This document shows positions 12,716 to 26,100 of a stretch of DNA of 64,000 nucleotides, piece after piece. Numbering within the stretch: position 1 is the stretch's first letter; every line of letters starts with the position of its first letter. The stretch spans positions 7,874,001 to 7,938,000 of the forward strand of contig NW_026889803.1 of the NCBI RefSeq assembly GCF_033153115.1, written 5' to 3'. This DNA is from Saccostrea echinata (lineage: Eukaryota). The notes beneath the pieces were generated by a model. That model was not told the DNA's origin, searched no databases, and worked only from the letters and a program-made list of their open reading frames with translations. Made by a program: the position numbers and the translations under genes.

Positions 12716-15399
12716 AAAATCCTACCTCTAGATTCTACGATATCAATTTCACCGGAAGCTGGCCATCCTCCGTAGGCATTTCTGTGTGGAAGCAGCCAGA
12801 TTGCTATTGGAAAAAAAGTAAAACCACAGCATAAAAAAGGTAAGAAGTCAACATAAATACTTGAATCTTCAATCATCACGACATGTAGTTTACAAACCAG
12901 GCCAAATCCAGTCTCCCTTTGGCATTTTTGCCCTAACTTCCATTTTGCCGTACTTGAAGTTAAAGGATTTGTCACTTCGGAGTCTAGCGGACTGAATGGG
13001 ATTAATGATATGTTCAGGAGTTCCTTGTCGACTACATCCATAAAACTGATTACTAGTGCACATGGAATTAGGTTCCGCTCCTAAGATTTGGAAAAATTAC
13101 TTTGAAAAAAAAATCTGCTTTCGTTTGTTTTACAAATTCAGAAACACCATACAGTATTATTGATTATTAAGGAAAATATCAATAATTGTGAATTAAAGTC
13201 TTACCCCATAGATCGAGGGTGCCCGATGACAGGAATCTCTCTCCATAATTATCTGCTGTTAGGGTCTATGTAGGAAAAAAAACCTAAAGAATATCTATAG
13301 GATATATCCTCGTTTCGTAGCATTTTACTGTAGAATCATATAATGTACTTACAGGTTTGATAAATAGTTTCCCGTCTTTTGTATAGCTGTTTGTTCGGTT
13401 ATTTGTATAGTACTCGAACTCCCAGTTCTGAAATTTATTAATAGTTTCCAAATCAAATCAAACTTTCCACGTTTTGTCACAATATGCTTAATTAAACATT
13501 CGAAAGTTTTACGACAAATATAAATGACCCTTTATGATAGACCACCAGTGAAACTCTTTTTAGTTAAGGACTGGCTTGTGTCTCCCTCCCAAAATTCTCA
13601 TAATATATACGAACCCCGCCTCCACTGGCTGTAATTTCATGTGTCCAGGTTTCAAAGTTCAAGAAGTCAAAGTTGTCCTCAAATATAAGACAGGGATACG
13701 ACGCGCACGTCTGCTGGGACGGCCCGTGTTGTGTGTATCCCGTACCGGAGTAGACTGTATTAAACAGTGTAATATTTTTTCCTGGCCCATGAATCATAAT
13801 TTGCGATAAATACAAAAAAAGTTTCGTATTCGATATAAGTTATAAGAAAAAAAAATACCTTGCTGAGATCCTGCAGATGAACCTCCAGAGCTACCACTAT
13901 GAGACTGTCCCCCTGATGTTCCTCCCTGGGTGTCAATCATGGTCTGTGTTAAAATCCCTCCCATTGCTGAATGACCAGAATTGTGGCCATGACCTCCGCC
14001 AGAGGGAGCAGCAGTGGTGGTAGAGGTCACCACTGGTCTGACCTTTGTGGTGGTTGTAGTTGATGTAGTGGTCGTTGTCATATCTTCAACAAGAGTTGAC
14101 AGTCAATAGTTTCCTAACCATTTCTAACCATAGACCACTAGCAATTTTCAGATTTGACTTTAAAGCTTTCAATATCTCGTACTCTATCGCATCGTCTCAA
14201 GCCACGGTCCGGAGTCCGCATATGGAATCGGAGAGGATCGTACATTTCGGCCGTGGTTTGCGACGATGACTCTATCGTTACTTAACTGAGAAGAGTTGGG
14301 ACGTTATATATATCCCTGAGAATAGGATCAAATTGAAGGAAAGTTATAATATCAATAATTATGTTCCATGTATTAAAGGCATGCTTATCGTAAGAGTCCT
14401 AGCTATTTAACAAAAAAAGCGCTAATTCGATGTGCATAGATCAATATACTAGTCTACGTTTAAAAAAAAAAAAGAAGACTAGATTCTGAGGAAAACAAGA
14501 GATGTTACCTTGGGATATTTACCTCCAATTACAGCAGACTGTCCCAGTAACTCACTCGGTGCCCCACCCTTTTGAGCATGTAACCAATAGTAAACCGTGT
14601 CTCCTTTATGAACTTGGATACCAGGCAGATCATTGGTGTGGACGAACGAAGATCCTACAATTTTATTATCAGTGTATATTCAGTTATTACTTGAAAATAT
14701 CTTTTTCCCTTAATTGTATTTAATATTTTAGATTTTTTTTTTTTTGAGTGAGTGAGTGAAGAAGTAATAAAAATTTTATTACAACGTTACTCACTCACTC
14801 AAAAAAAATTATTATTTATAAAATACTTGTGGAAGTTGTTTTTCTGTCATATGACATATAAACTTCGGCAAACTGGTTGGGATTCGCCCTTCTTATTATC
14901 ATCCGTCACAGCTAAATTATCTTTATCCTTTGTTTTATCTCAGATACTGGAGAATATTGTGTTGAAATTTCACCATGTATTCAGAATATCATAAAAATGC
15001 CAGTAATACCTTCTTTGTTGTGAACGTCATAGCCCCACTGGCCAGCTCCTACGCCGGCGATGGGTTGATTGATGGAATAGTGAACTGCGACAAAGTCGTA
15101 GTTACCATCATCTTCAAGAAAAAAAATATACATGAATTGGTTTCCAAGATAAAACTTCCTTCTATCATATTATTATATAAGTAGATGTTATACAGTAAAT
15201 GCAGAACTAGACGTAAATCTATATCCTGAAGTGTAAATTTAGGAGTATCATAAGTGTGCAAAGACTGCCCGAAACACCCCAACCAACCTGGAATTGAGAA
15301 TTTGATTCCGTGGCCATTGTACAGTTCTACTGTTGCTGGCTGTATGGCAAATACGGATCTCGATACTAACGAGGTTATCCCCAAAACCAGTAACCACAT
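10042..15399 (-). CDS. Beta-1,3-glucan-binding protein / GH16 beta-1,3-glucanase with N-terminal CBM39-like domain
   Basis: Exons 15288-15399, 15010-15111, 14523-14654, 13859-14083, 13615-13754, 13353-13427, 13205-13265, 12898-13080, 12726-12803, 12306-12423, [one exon probably in the gap], 10491-10629, 10042-10266. Signal peptide; VHYSIN and GDTVYYW (CBM39-like); Thr/Gly/Ser linker; [68 protein letters not shown]. Confidence 0.93.
10663..10860. other. Assembly gap
   Basis: Run of N. Confidence 1.
12680..12716. repeat. (CT)n microsatellite
   Basis: Read directly from the sequence. Confidence 0.9.
14190..14268. mobile_element. 79-bp micro-MITE with 9-bp TSD
   Basis: TIRs CATCGTCTCAAGCCACGG / CCGTGGTTTGCGACGATG, with ACTCTATCG at 14181-14189 and 14269-14277. 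Confidence 0.85.
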
Positions 15400-16673
15400 C
15401 TGCAACCATTTAAGAGGAAGAAGTTGGAAAATGGTAAAAGTAAGGTACTAATACAATTTCATTTCTTTTTTATTTTCTATGTAACACTGTGTAAGACAAC
15501 GCAATATGATGACAATCTTCAATAATCCAAAACAACATGAAATGAGGGGAGAAAACTTTACCTTATTCTAAAAAATCAGTTTTCTGAAGAACTTTCATCT
15601 ATATTAAGGGGGGGTCTTCTCATATTTATTGAATTTGAAATTTACTTAAAAATCATAGATTCGAGGCGACAATTTCACTAAGTGATGATATCAGTTACAT
15701 TGAAATTTGACCGTCTTGTTTCAGAAGCAAGGACAGGTCAAGGTCATTTTCTTTTCATTGATATTTAGGACAAAACAATGACTGTTGCTGATTATGTGAT
15801 GCCTACTTCTATTTGAAATCATTAAATGTTTTTCGATATCCATAGAGAGAGGATGTCATGCACATAAGTTCTATCAGATAACATTACCAAATTGAGATAA
15901 ATAATTTAAGTAAAATAGATACATATGTATTGACTAGCCCGATATCCTCTAATTTTCTTCAAATTTTAAGGAATATTAGTCATTTTTCTATGCTTCTTTA
16001 TTCATATTTGTCTTATTTCACAAATGTTGGAGTAATTGCATAAGCTAAGAGAGAACATCGTTTACTGATTTTTTTTTAGCACAAATCTAGATAAATATAC
16101 ATATAAAAGCTAAAAAGACTGAAGTTGTTTATTAACTGTACAAGTTTTCTAAAAACATAAATTCTAATGATATTTTTTTTTTTACTTCAGAAAATTAATT
16201 AAACTTTTGATTGTTTTAAATTGTGAACTAAATTCATTATTTTGTTGAAGATTTGAAAAACAGAACGTTATATTTTTCTAAGTTGCTATTTCACCAAAAA
16301 TACATATATTCCTCTTAGATTTTACACTCTGTTAACCATTTCTATTTGTGACAATGAAAGAAAAACATGATCCTTTGAATTTCTAATATCTCAATATGAA
16401 ACACAATGCGTCTTTCTCGGTGCAAGTTAAAAATAAACGCAAATACTAGATTGTTGAAAAGCTGCGGAGTATACAAGCATGGCCCTAGGATAATACACTA
16501 TAGAAAACATAACTACTTTATGCTGCCCCCCCCCCCCCCTCAATAATTACGTCTGGGTTTTTTCTGGTAGTGCCCCCCCCCCCCAACTGAAAATGTTTGG
16601 TTGTGCCCAACCCATCCCCCCAACTGAAATTGATTCTTGCGGGCCATACGCTGTATATTGTAAGTTAACTTAC

Positions 16674-16738
16674 CTTGATTTTTTCAGAGCGACGTCAAGG
16701 GGGAATACTGAACAAGGTATTTGGACATCTTTATATAG
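16674..16738 (-). promoter_or_regulatory. Probable core promoter and non-coding exon 1 of the GH16 gene
   Basis: Minus-strand TATATAAAG about 28 nt upstream of an Inr-like TCAGT (about 16709), followed by a strong AAG|GTAAGT donor at 16673. The ATG at 15399 is directly preceded by an acceptor TTGCAG. Confidence 0.6.
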
Positions 16739-17738
16739 ACGTTTACAAGTGAGTTCATTCCATTCTTGCTTGGAGATGAAACTTTGTGGAAGTAAAGACG
16801 AGCGTGATCTAGACCTGACTGCCACTGAACTTTTACATGTTATCTTTTTTTATATAACCTATTTATCTGACAAAATAATTATTAGCAAAAGTATTTCTGT
16901 TGCGTTTTTATTACATTAAAAGTAATTTATTGCATTAACGGCAAAATATAATACGAATTTAGCATATTAAAAGGAACCTAATACTGTGTAGTAACCGCTA
17001 TAATATCAAAGTCACTGATGATAAAATTCACTTGTGTTTAAAACTCACTATTCAATCTCTGGAAAATTTCAATGATTTTAATCATAACATATATAAATAA
17101 AAGTTGAGATATGTGCATTTTACATCTAGCAATATTGTGAGTTAAAGACCTGCGCATTTTTCTTTAAAGATAAACTAAATAGTAAATGTTCGTCACGCAT
17201 TTTCCATTTTTAATATACATTATAATGTTCTGCAATCTTTGAAATACTTACTTTATTTTGGTAACTTCAAGGGAAATTGTTGAATGTTGCCCCCCCCCCC
17301 CCCTTTATTCATTAATTATGAACTAGCATATATTTCTCCATTTTTAGTCTGCATGGTAGCAGATTTTTAGTTGGCAAAGTAAACTTTGAAAGAAAAACAG
17401 AACGATAAACTCTTTTACGATGGTTTTTTTGTTGGATTGATCATTACATTGTGTTTGGCTACAGTGATTATTTGTTAACCTTAAAAAAAAATCTGAAAAG
17501 AAAAGACACGCTACCAAATTATTTCATAGAGAAATCACATTTTCTATATATCTATCAGTTTCGTTTTAAAGCTTGTGAGAAGATATCAAGGAGCAAGAGC
17601 TGTAATCTTGAGTTTTGGAGAACAGACTTTAGTAGGGCGGCTGTCAGTTTGTGGAATGAACTTCCAACACGTGAAAATTACACAAAATGTTGATGTTTTA
17701 TAACATTGCATTTCCTGAGTTTTAAACCCCTCTGATTC

Positions 17739-18150
17739 TTAGGTCACCTAAGTCACTCAGGTGAACTATTGCTATCTGTTTTCGTCCGTCGTCGTGCGGG
17801 TGTGCGTCGTGCGTAAACTTTTTCACATTTTCGATTTCTTCTCAGGAACCACTGGGCCAATTTCCACCAAACTTGCCACAAAGTATCCTTAGGTAATGGT
17901 GATTCAAGTTTGTTCAAATGAAGGGCCAAGCCTTCTTTCAAGGGGAGATAATTAAGAATTAGTGAAAAATAAATGGTATCTTTAAAAATCTTCTTATCAA
18001 GAACCACTGGACCAGGTAATATGAAACTTATATGGAAACATCCTCAAGTAGTGTAGACTCAAGTTTGTTAAAATCATAACACCCAGGGGTAGGATGGGGC
18101 TACAATGGACGATCAAAGTTTTAAATAGAAATACACAGGAAAAAACCTTT

Positions 18151-18181
<31 letters not shown>

Positions 18182-18695
18182 GAAAGATTAAACTTATGTG
18201 GAAACATCCTCGGATAGTGTAGATTCAAGTTTGTTCAAATCATGACCCCCAGGGGTAGGGCGGGGCCACAATGGTTTTACATGGGAAAACATTGGAAAAA
18301 CCTTCTCCAGAGCCACTGGGCCAAGAAAGATGAAACTTATGTGGAAACATCTTCTGGTAGTGAAGATTCAAGTTTATTAGAATCATGATCCCAGGGGGTA
18401 GGGTGGGGCCACAATGGACAATGAAAGTTCTACATTGGAATACATAGAAAAAAATCGTGAAATTTTTTTTTCTCAAGAACAGCAAAGCCATGATTGGTTA
18501 TATTCACATGGGGACATCCTCAGGTAGTATAGATGCAAGTTTGTTCAAATAATGACTCTGAGGATAGGGTGTGGTCACAATGGACGATCAAAGATTTACA
18601 AAAGCTTCTTCTATCAGTTCATTTTATACTCTATGGATCCTCTATGGATTGTTGTTTTATACTCAGGTGACCGTTAAGGCCCTTGAGCATCTTGG
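17739..18695 (+). mobile_element. Non-autonomous Helentron-type element with ~165-bp internal repeats
   Basis: 5' AGGTCACCT..CAGGTGA, a GTCCGTCGTCGTGCG tract, repeated AGAACCACTGGGCCAA units, and 3' CAGGTGACCGTTAAGGCCC..CTTG hairpin end. Confidence 0.85.
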
Positions 18696-18837
18696 TTTTT
18701 TTTTTAATTTCTCAACTACTGTTTTTGTTTTTTATCAATTCATAAAGTTAACTCGTTTGTATTTTTTTCTTTAATGTTAATACTTGAGCATTTTTCTGTA
18801 ATATAACTGTTTTATCATTTTTTATATCATTTTAATT

Positions 18838-19007
18838 NNNNNNNNNNNNNNNNNNNNNNNNNNNNNNNNNNNNNNNNNNNNNNNNNNNNNNNNNNNNNNN
18901 NNNNNNNNNNNNNNNNNNNNNNNNNNNNNNNNNNNNNNNNNNNNNNNNNNNNNNNNNNNNNNNNNNNNNNNNNNNNNNNNNNNNNNNNNNNNNNNNNNNN
19001 NNNNNNN
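18838..19007. other. Assembly gap
   Basis: Run of N. Confidence 1.
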
Positions 19008-20020
19008 AATATTCGAACATTCGAATATTCATTCGATGAGTTGATATTCGAATATGAATTTAAGATTCGAATATACTGTGTTTTTTAGATTTCATAAAAA
19101 GAAGTACTGTGATTAATAAATTTTGATTAGAACAGTGCTGGAATTATCTCTGTTTAATTTACAAGCCATCAATTTCGATCGCCTAATTTCTTTTACTACT
19201 TTCTTATCTTATAAATCTACTAAATTACATGTATTTTGTTTTGAGTAAGGTGTTAAAGAATTGTACAATAATGCTTTATGTATAATACAAAACGTACTTT
19301 CATAGTTTTTATTAGTTAGATACGATCGGATCTAGAATCGAGGACAACAAATGAAATCTAAGAATGTCCAAAAGGCGTGAAGAGTAACTATACTTATAAA
19401 AAAAAAAATTAATTGAACATTGAATGAATGTCCGATAGAATTAATCTGTAATTAATACTGTAAAGGGCTTAATTTCAGAACAATGTGTAAATTACTTTAT
19501 TATCTCGGGTTGTACATAATCCTGAATTTTATATTCATTATTGGGAAATTAGTTAATTACCTACGAAAATTGTCTATGGAAATATCTGTTTACAATGTGT
19601 CAAAGATTATAATCATATCTCTTATATTAGGCAGATAATTGTAATTTATTACGACACGTATTGAAATCTGAACAGTATACCGTTACGACTATCTTGCCTT
19701 TTGTAAGACGACTGGTTCCTCAGTTGGAGCTACTAAAAATACACATTTAATTTGTTAAAATTATACTTTTCTACATTTAAATCAATTATTTATTTCAAAC
19801 ATTGACAAATATCAAATGGAATTTCTTATTGTACACCTACAAAAGTCTTCATACAATTTTACTTCCAATATAAGTATACCTAGGCTAACCCTCTCATGAG
19901 AGTAGGATGATGCATATTTAAAATAAAACAGATTTTATTTATTTTATCGCATATTCGAATATATTCGAATACTTTCATTGAATATTCGAATATGAATTAT
20001 TGACAAAATTGACATCCCTA
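19008..20020. mobile_element. Non-autonomous hAT-like element (left end in gap)
   Basis: Clusters of the palindrome ATATTCGAATAT at both ends. The right terminus GACATCCCTA corresponds to a TAGGGATG hAT-type TIR. Confidence 0.65.
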
Positions 20021-21009
20021 ATATATATATTTCACCGTTGAAAAATGTAATAAATTACTTTATAAGAAAGATTGTCCATTTCTAGTGTAGTGTGGAGTAA
20101 GTATTAGATTAAACAGAATATAATTTATTTGATTGTTACAAATATGAGATAAATAGGAGTGTATTTCTCTCTGACTGGAATTCAAAATTATTGTCATGAT
20201 TAAAATCGGGGCAAAAAAAATCATATTTTCTTCGATTTCTTTTCTAATTTAAGAAGGTTTAAATCGCCATAATCCCTGAGTTTTCCGATGATCTACCTTT
20301 GGGACCTACTAAGGCCCTCAGGGCGGCTCCCAAGAAGCTTTTAAGAATATGCATTTCAGTTCGTTCCTACCTACCAGGCCCGTTGAACGCGGGAGGGGTC
20401 AATTTTTCGGAGTATAGTATTTAGTATTTTGCTATAGTAAATTTTCCTATAGATGCTGGTTGCCCCCCCCCCCCCCCCCAATATTTGTTGCTGTAAGGTC
20501 GAGCACTGACAAATTCCAGGATTTAGACAGTTACATGTAATTTGAAACCGTTGCTACGGATCTGTCTACCCTCAAATAAGCAGTGCGTGCAAGAGTGTGG
20601 GGAGTTGGGGGGTTAAAAATCTGTGCGTGCTGTGTATTAAGTTGAACAATAAAATGCTTTCTTTGGTTGTTAGTATGGGAAATAATATAACAGCTGTTGC
20701 AGAAGAAAATATACATAACCGCATAAACGGGGTATGTAAATATTTTCTTCTGCAATCGCTGCAAGTATTAATAATTTAAGGATAGTGGTTTTCACAATAA
20801 GAAATTCAGTGGATCCGATGTAAATATAAAGATTTTCTTTATTTTTTGTCTTATTTGACAAAACCAAAGAACTACAATGTAGGTCTTCTTCGTCCTGGAT
20901 AATAACAATCGAATACATTACAATACATTTGTCCATAACTTGTCGATGAAAGAAGATCAACTCTTTTTTTACAATTCATTCAAAAAGTTCACACAAAAAT
21001 CACAATTGT

Positions 21010-21862
21010 TTATCCAACCACTGATTTGGGTGGTGGTGGCGACCGAGTGTGGTGGTTTACTTTGGTAGTTGTGGGCGTTGTTGGGCCTTTCGTTGTACCT
21101 GGGTGAGGTGGTGTCTGTGTCGTGTACGGTGGTGGTGAGTTTGTGGTACCTTTAGTTGTGGTAGTTAGTGGTGGGGGTGTATCATAACGCCGTCTTAAAA
21201 TTTTTGCCAGGTTTGAAACCGGAACTGTTTAGTTGGGAAAAAACGTCAATTCCACATATAAAATTTTTCTACATGTATATAAGCAGCAACAGCATCTCAA
21301 AAACTTGTTTTAAAATTTATGTACGCAGCGATTCATTCCGTAATATAGAAGTCTTTCCAGACATGGTCTGACGCCAAATTACAGTAGAAAACAAGCTTAT
21401 TTACGGTTGCATGTGCCCCCTAAATGATAATATTCTTTGTCAGGTGTTTTTGCTTGTCAAGGACTTTGTTCGAATTTGCCCCCACCCCAACCCTTTCCAA
21501 CTGATTTCTTTTTACAGGTTTCTATTTTGTTGTTCAAATCGTAGCACAACATACTAAGACTTTTGGTATACGGGGTTCGTAGATTCATTCTGTACATGCA
21601 TTTCACAATAAATACGAATACGCAAATATAAGCTCTTCGTTTATACCACATTAGCAGACAACTGATTACCTTTGGCAAAAGGAAATCTGGCCTCACACAA
21701 GTTGCGACAATCAAAGTATCCATTCTCCGTGCACGTGCACCATATGCAACGGGTTGCGTCAGTGAAGCCTTGCGTCCCCCCTGTACGTGCACATTTCCAT
21801 AGGGATCCCGCAGCCGCTGTGCTCACCAACAAAAGCGTCAACAATGTCAACTTAAGAATCAT
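21010..21862 (-). CDS. Small secreted cysteine-rich protein (pacifastin/VWC-like six-Cys motif) with Thr/Pro-rich tail
   Basis: Exons 21670-21862 and 21010-21224 join in phase 1: MILKLTLLTLLLVSTAAAGSLWKCARTGGTQGFTDATRCIWCTCTENGYFDCRNLCEARFPFAK-VPVSNLAKILRRRYDTPPPLTTTTKGTTNSPPPYTTQTPPHPGTTKGPTTPTTTKVNHHTRSPPPPKSVVG*. Confidence 0.8.
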
Positions 21863-23170
21863 CTAGGAAAAAGAGATTGCGTAATTCTGTGTACATTGTC
21901 TTATCATAGCAAACACATGACATTCTTAGGTGACTAGTCGCACCTTAATCATGATCTGTCGTCTGGTCACGTTAAGTTGTTGGTCACCTCTGTAGTATGA
22001 AGGAAATAATAATTCAAGGCCGGTCAGTTTCATTTTCCAATAGAATTTTGACAATGCAAATCTTAAGTAATTTTTAGAGTTCTCTCACCTGGCATTTGGG
22101 GAGGGGAGGGGATATGCATTTTTCAGATTTAAAGGGACACAGAATTTCATGTTTACAAGATATTTTATTGACCAATCAACAGTGATCAAGGACGCCCGGA
22201 AGGCATTGTAACACAAAAGTACAATTTACACATTATCACGACAGAAGACAATAATATATCTTTCAAACTTTTCGGTGGAATTTCATGACTAACATGTTGC
22301 GAGAGCGTTTCAGACCACTTCTTTTATCTGAAAATTATCAAAATTAGGACTTTCAGATGTATTCGATCAAGGAAATGTTAGAAAGCAAAACCAAAATACC
22401 AGTGTCAGTTCGTGTTCAATGACGTGTGCTGTGTTACCAAATCGAACACACCCAGTACGTATACAGCGTAAATAATAACAGAGCTCGAGTCAATGTTTGT
22501 AATACAGGTGTTTGATGCAAGAATTTTCATGCAATTTTGAATAACTAAACTAATGCTATTTTTCTAGTAATTTCAAAATTGTATTCAAAAAAGGAAATGC
22601 AAATTTGTCTATGCCCAAACAAATTTACGAAATGCTTACAAGTAGATATCCCCCCTTTCCCACCTAGTATTTGTAGTCTTTCCATTTGCATGTACGTCTT
22701 CATTTGAAAAAATAAACAGCTGAACTGTCAAAAATGCTTAAAAGTATCAGATAACACACTAAATCTAATGTTTTCTTGGGACTATAAAGTTGATCACCTG
22801 TAAACTCCGTCTTAAGGTTTCATTAGAATAGAAAAACCTAGTAGAATATTTAGAATTTATCAATACCAGTTGTCAGAAAATTTTTGAGACATACCATGAG
22901 TATTGCATTCTCCATCAATTTTGTCAACACAATAGAAAGTAGAACAGTTTTTAAAACTGCACTCGCAACCACTCATGGTGCACTTTTTCACCAGTTATTT
23001 ACATACACTTAAATAATGACCTTCAGACTTCTTTCTTATCAGTTATACTAAGCCTATCCTCAGTGAAAAGTACAACTGCTTTAGAAGATCAATTCACTTT
23101 GTACTTTTATTCAAATGACCAAAAACAAATACATAACAAATAACTAAATTCATTCTTTAAAAAATTGAAG

Positions 23171-26100
23171 TCATTTTTTCAGCAACATTTTTCTAAAATC
23201 ATCGTTGCTCATTTTTGTTGCTGTGGCATTGGCCACTGGCTGTCCATTAGATTCTGTGTTTTGTGGGGGAGGGGGTTTACTGTTTTTAGCTGTGGCTGGG
23301 GTTCTCTGGATTGACCTTGGCACCAAGGACAGCTGTGTACGAGCTTTTCCTCTCCTAAAAACAAAAAATGGTTACTAAGAATTAATCTGGAGACTTTTGA
23401 TCAGATAAACTGTTGTATATGTTCCAATATTGTATGTTAAACATTTATATCACATATCAAGTAAGAAAGTAAGTAAGAAGTGGGATGGAGGCAAAGAAAG
23501 AAAATGATCCACTAATTTACCAAACCTTGGTTTCACTTGTTAATTTATTTTGTTTTTAATATGATGTTTTACATTTGCAATCTTTACAAATGTTATCAAC
23601 CAATAAAAACTGTTCAGATCAATTAACACTAAAACAACCAATTTACTCCTTACACTTCTGTCTCTTTCTTTCCCCCTCCCAGTGTTGGGGTGAAGGAGGT
23701 TTCATCCCTGCTGCTGAGGGGGGTACCTCTCTGTGGAGGGTTACTGATGGCTACCTCAATCTCATGTTCACCAATCTTCAATCCATCTGTCTTAACCACA
23801 GCTTTAGCTGCATCTTGCTAAAACAAAAACAAAAAAAAGTTATCTTTAGGAACTGTGTGTCTGGAGTACATGTTTAGAAAAAAATTTCTGATTTACATGT
23901 GTATAATACAGATTTAAAAAAAAAAGACTTTGAAATAAAATTAACTATATAACCCAGTATGACCTTAAAGACAACATAGATTATTTTCCAATCCTATTGC
24001 ATTTTTGGGAGTTGAAGTATGTTTGATATACATGTATGTTTGATCTCCCTTGGCCATCAAAATTGTTCAAATCATTGGGCGAGCAATTTTTGTATAGGTT
24101 GTATAGTACCACTTCTTTGTGAGCTAATCTACTCGTAGGTGTACCCTGACAATCATAGGCATCTACTGTATATGCCTCCGCAATAGAAATTAAATACAGC
24201 GTACCACATATCATTAGTTTTCATTTGAAATTTTTTAGAAAATGAGTTGAAAAAGAAAATGTATACTTGAATTCTTACTAAAAGGTTACTTCAGGTTTCA
24301 TGTTCATGAAGACTGAAATGATCATTTTGACCTGATTATGCCACGCTAGGCACTGGATTGACTGATTCATTGCTGATAAGAGGGGTTAAAAAGTTAATAA
24401 CCGACTGCATAACATTCATGTCTCTAGAATTTGTTTTTTTCTTTACCCTTAAGTATTAATGTATACCATTTCATGGAGTAAAATAAAACAAATGAATAGC
24501 AAGAAAGTATTTATGTAATAATAGCATTATTTGCAGTCCATCTGACTTTCTTTAAACCATGTAATTTTTATAAAAAGAAATAGAAGGATTATTACAATAA
24601 TTTAAAGATTTTTTTCTTTAAATAATAGAAAATTCAACTCCCAATAGTACATTCTGCACTTCAATTCATTAAACAGCTCAGTGTACATCCAGTTAGCATA
24701 GCTAAGGTCCTAGCTGCAACATTATTTTAATGGTCCTCTGCCATAATCACTGGATGTGTACAAGAGGAGCATGTATTCTATTAACTGCAGCTTCTGCCTA
24801 GGGTACTATGTACTGTACATGTATAAAAATTCACTTAGGCCACACCAATTTGTAAAATAGTTCTTCGGATTTTCAAAAATAAAAACTGAGGCGAGAGGGC
24901 GAAATAATTTTACAAATATTATTTTTTATTTTGGGGTTAAAAATTATGAGGCAATCGAAATACAAGTAATATAATTTTTTTTAATGAATAAAGCATGATT
25001 TCAAAGAGCGAGCGCTTAAAAAAATAAAGACTTAAAATTATCAGATATCATTTGTATACCACATGAACTTATGATTTTTAACTTTTTGATATTGTTTTCA
25101 ATAAAAAAAAGTTTCAGTTTTCAAATACTTTATTTTCATAACAGGTAATGTTTTGCTACATTAAATAAGGTCTTTTTGAAGAATTTCCTCTCCAATCTGT
25201 TGCCCATTCTATCAAATCATTAAATAAATTCGGTGGTCTCATTTGCCTGTAATTTTTCCAGGGAGAGAATAATTTTTAGAAGCATTCATAAAACATGAAA
25301 ACGCGTCTACTTTCTGTTCGTCATGTTTTGAATGAGGTACGTATTACATTGCAATTTACTTTCATTTCTACAAATGTTCTGTTAAGTTCTGTGCAAATTC
25401 CTAAGGACATGTCCAGTCTTGAAATCTGAATTACATCGCTCTTAGAATTTTTTTTTATTTTGACAGAGCAAATATCATCAATATTCACCAAACCTTTCGT
25501 GGACTTTTTGTGGTCTCAGTAACATCTTACAGCGCTTCAAAAGTTTCCTCGGCTTCTAGTTCGATTGCAGTATAAGGAAAAAATTCACATCCACTGTTTT
25601 TAACTATTGACGTATCGTAAATATAGAGAGTAGAAAAACTTCACACATTGTTACACAGTATGATTTACGAAGTATGAACTTTCTCAATCCCGCGCTTGTG
25701 TCATTCTTCAACCACGTGTTCCGAAGGCTTTTGTGCGTTTGGTGTAAAAAGTCGAAAAAAATGTACTAGGATATTTTGATAATATTTAATTTGGAATTGT
25801 TACAAATAGAAGGGGGGAATCTGACGAACTATATTGCAAATTGGTATGGCCTTAATGATGAAAAAACAAAATTTATTAAACATGCAAATCTACCTCATCC
25901 TCAAACTCTACATAGGCTAACCCTTTAGGAGCCCCACTTCTGTACGTCACCATTCGGACCTCGCGTACAGGGCCATGCTGTAAATTACATGTATAAAGAT
26001 GAATTACTACCATTTATATACAAATGTGAAGAGACAGTAAAACATTTAATTAAATATTAAAACTGATAATTATACCTCACTGAAGATCTGGATCAAGGCC

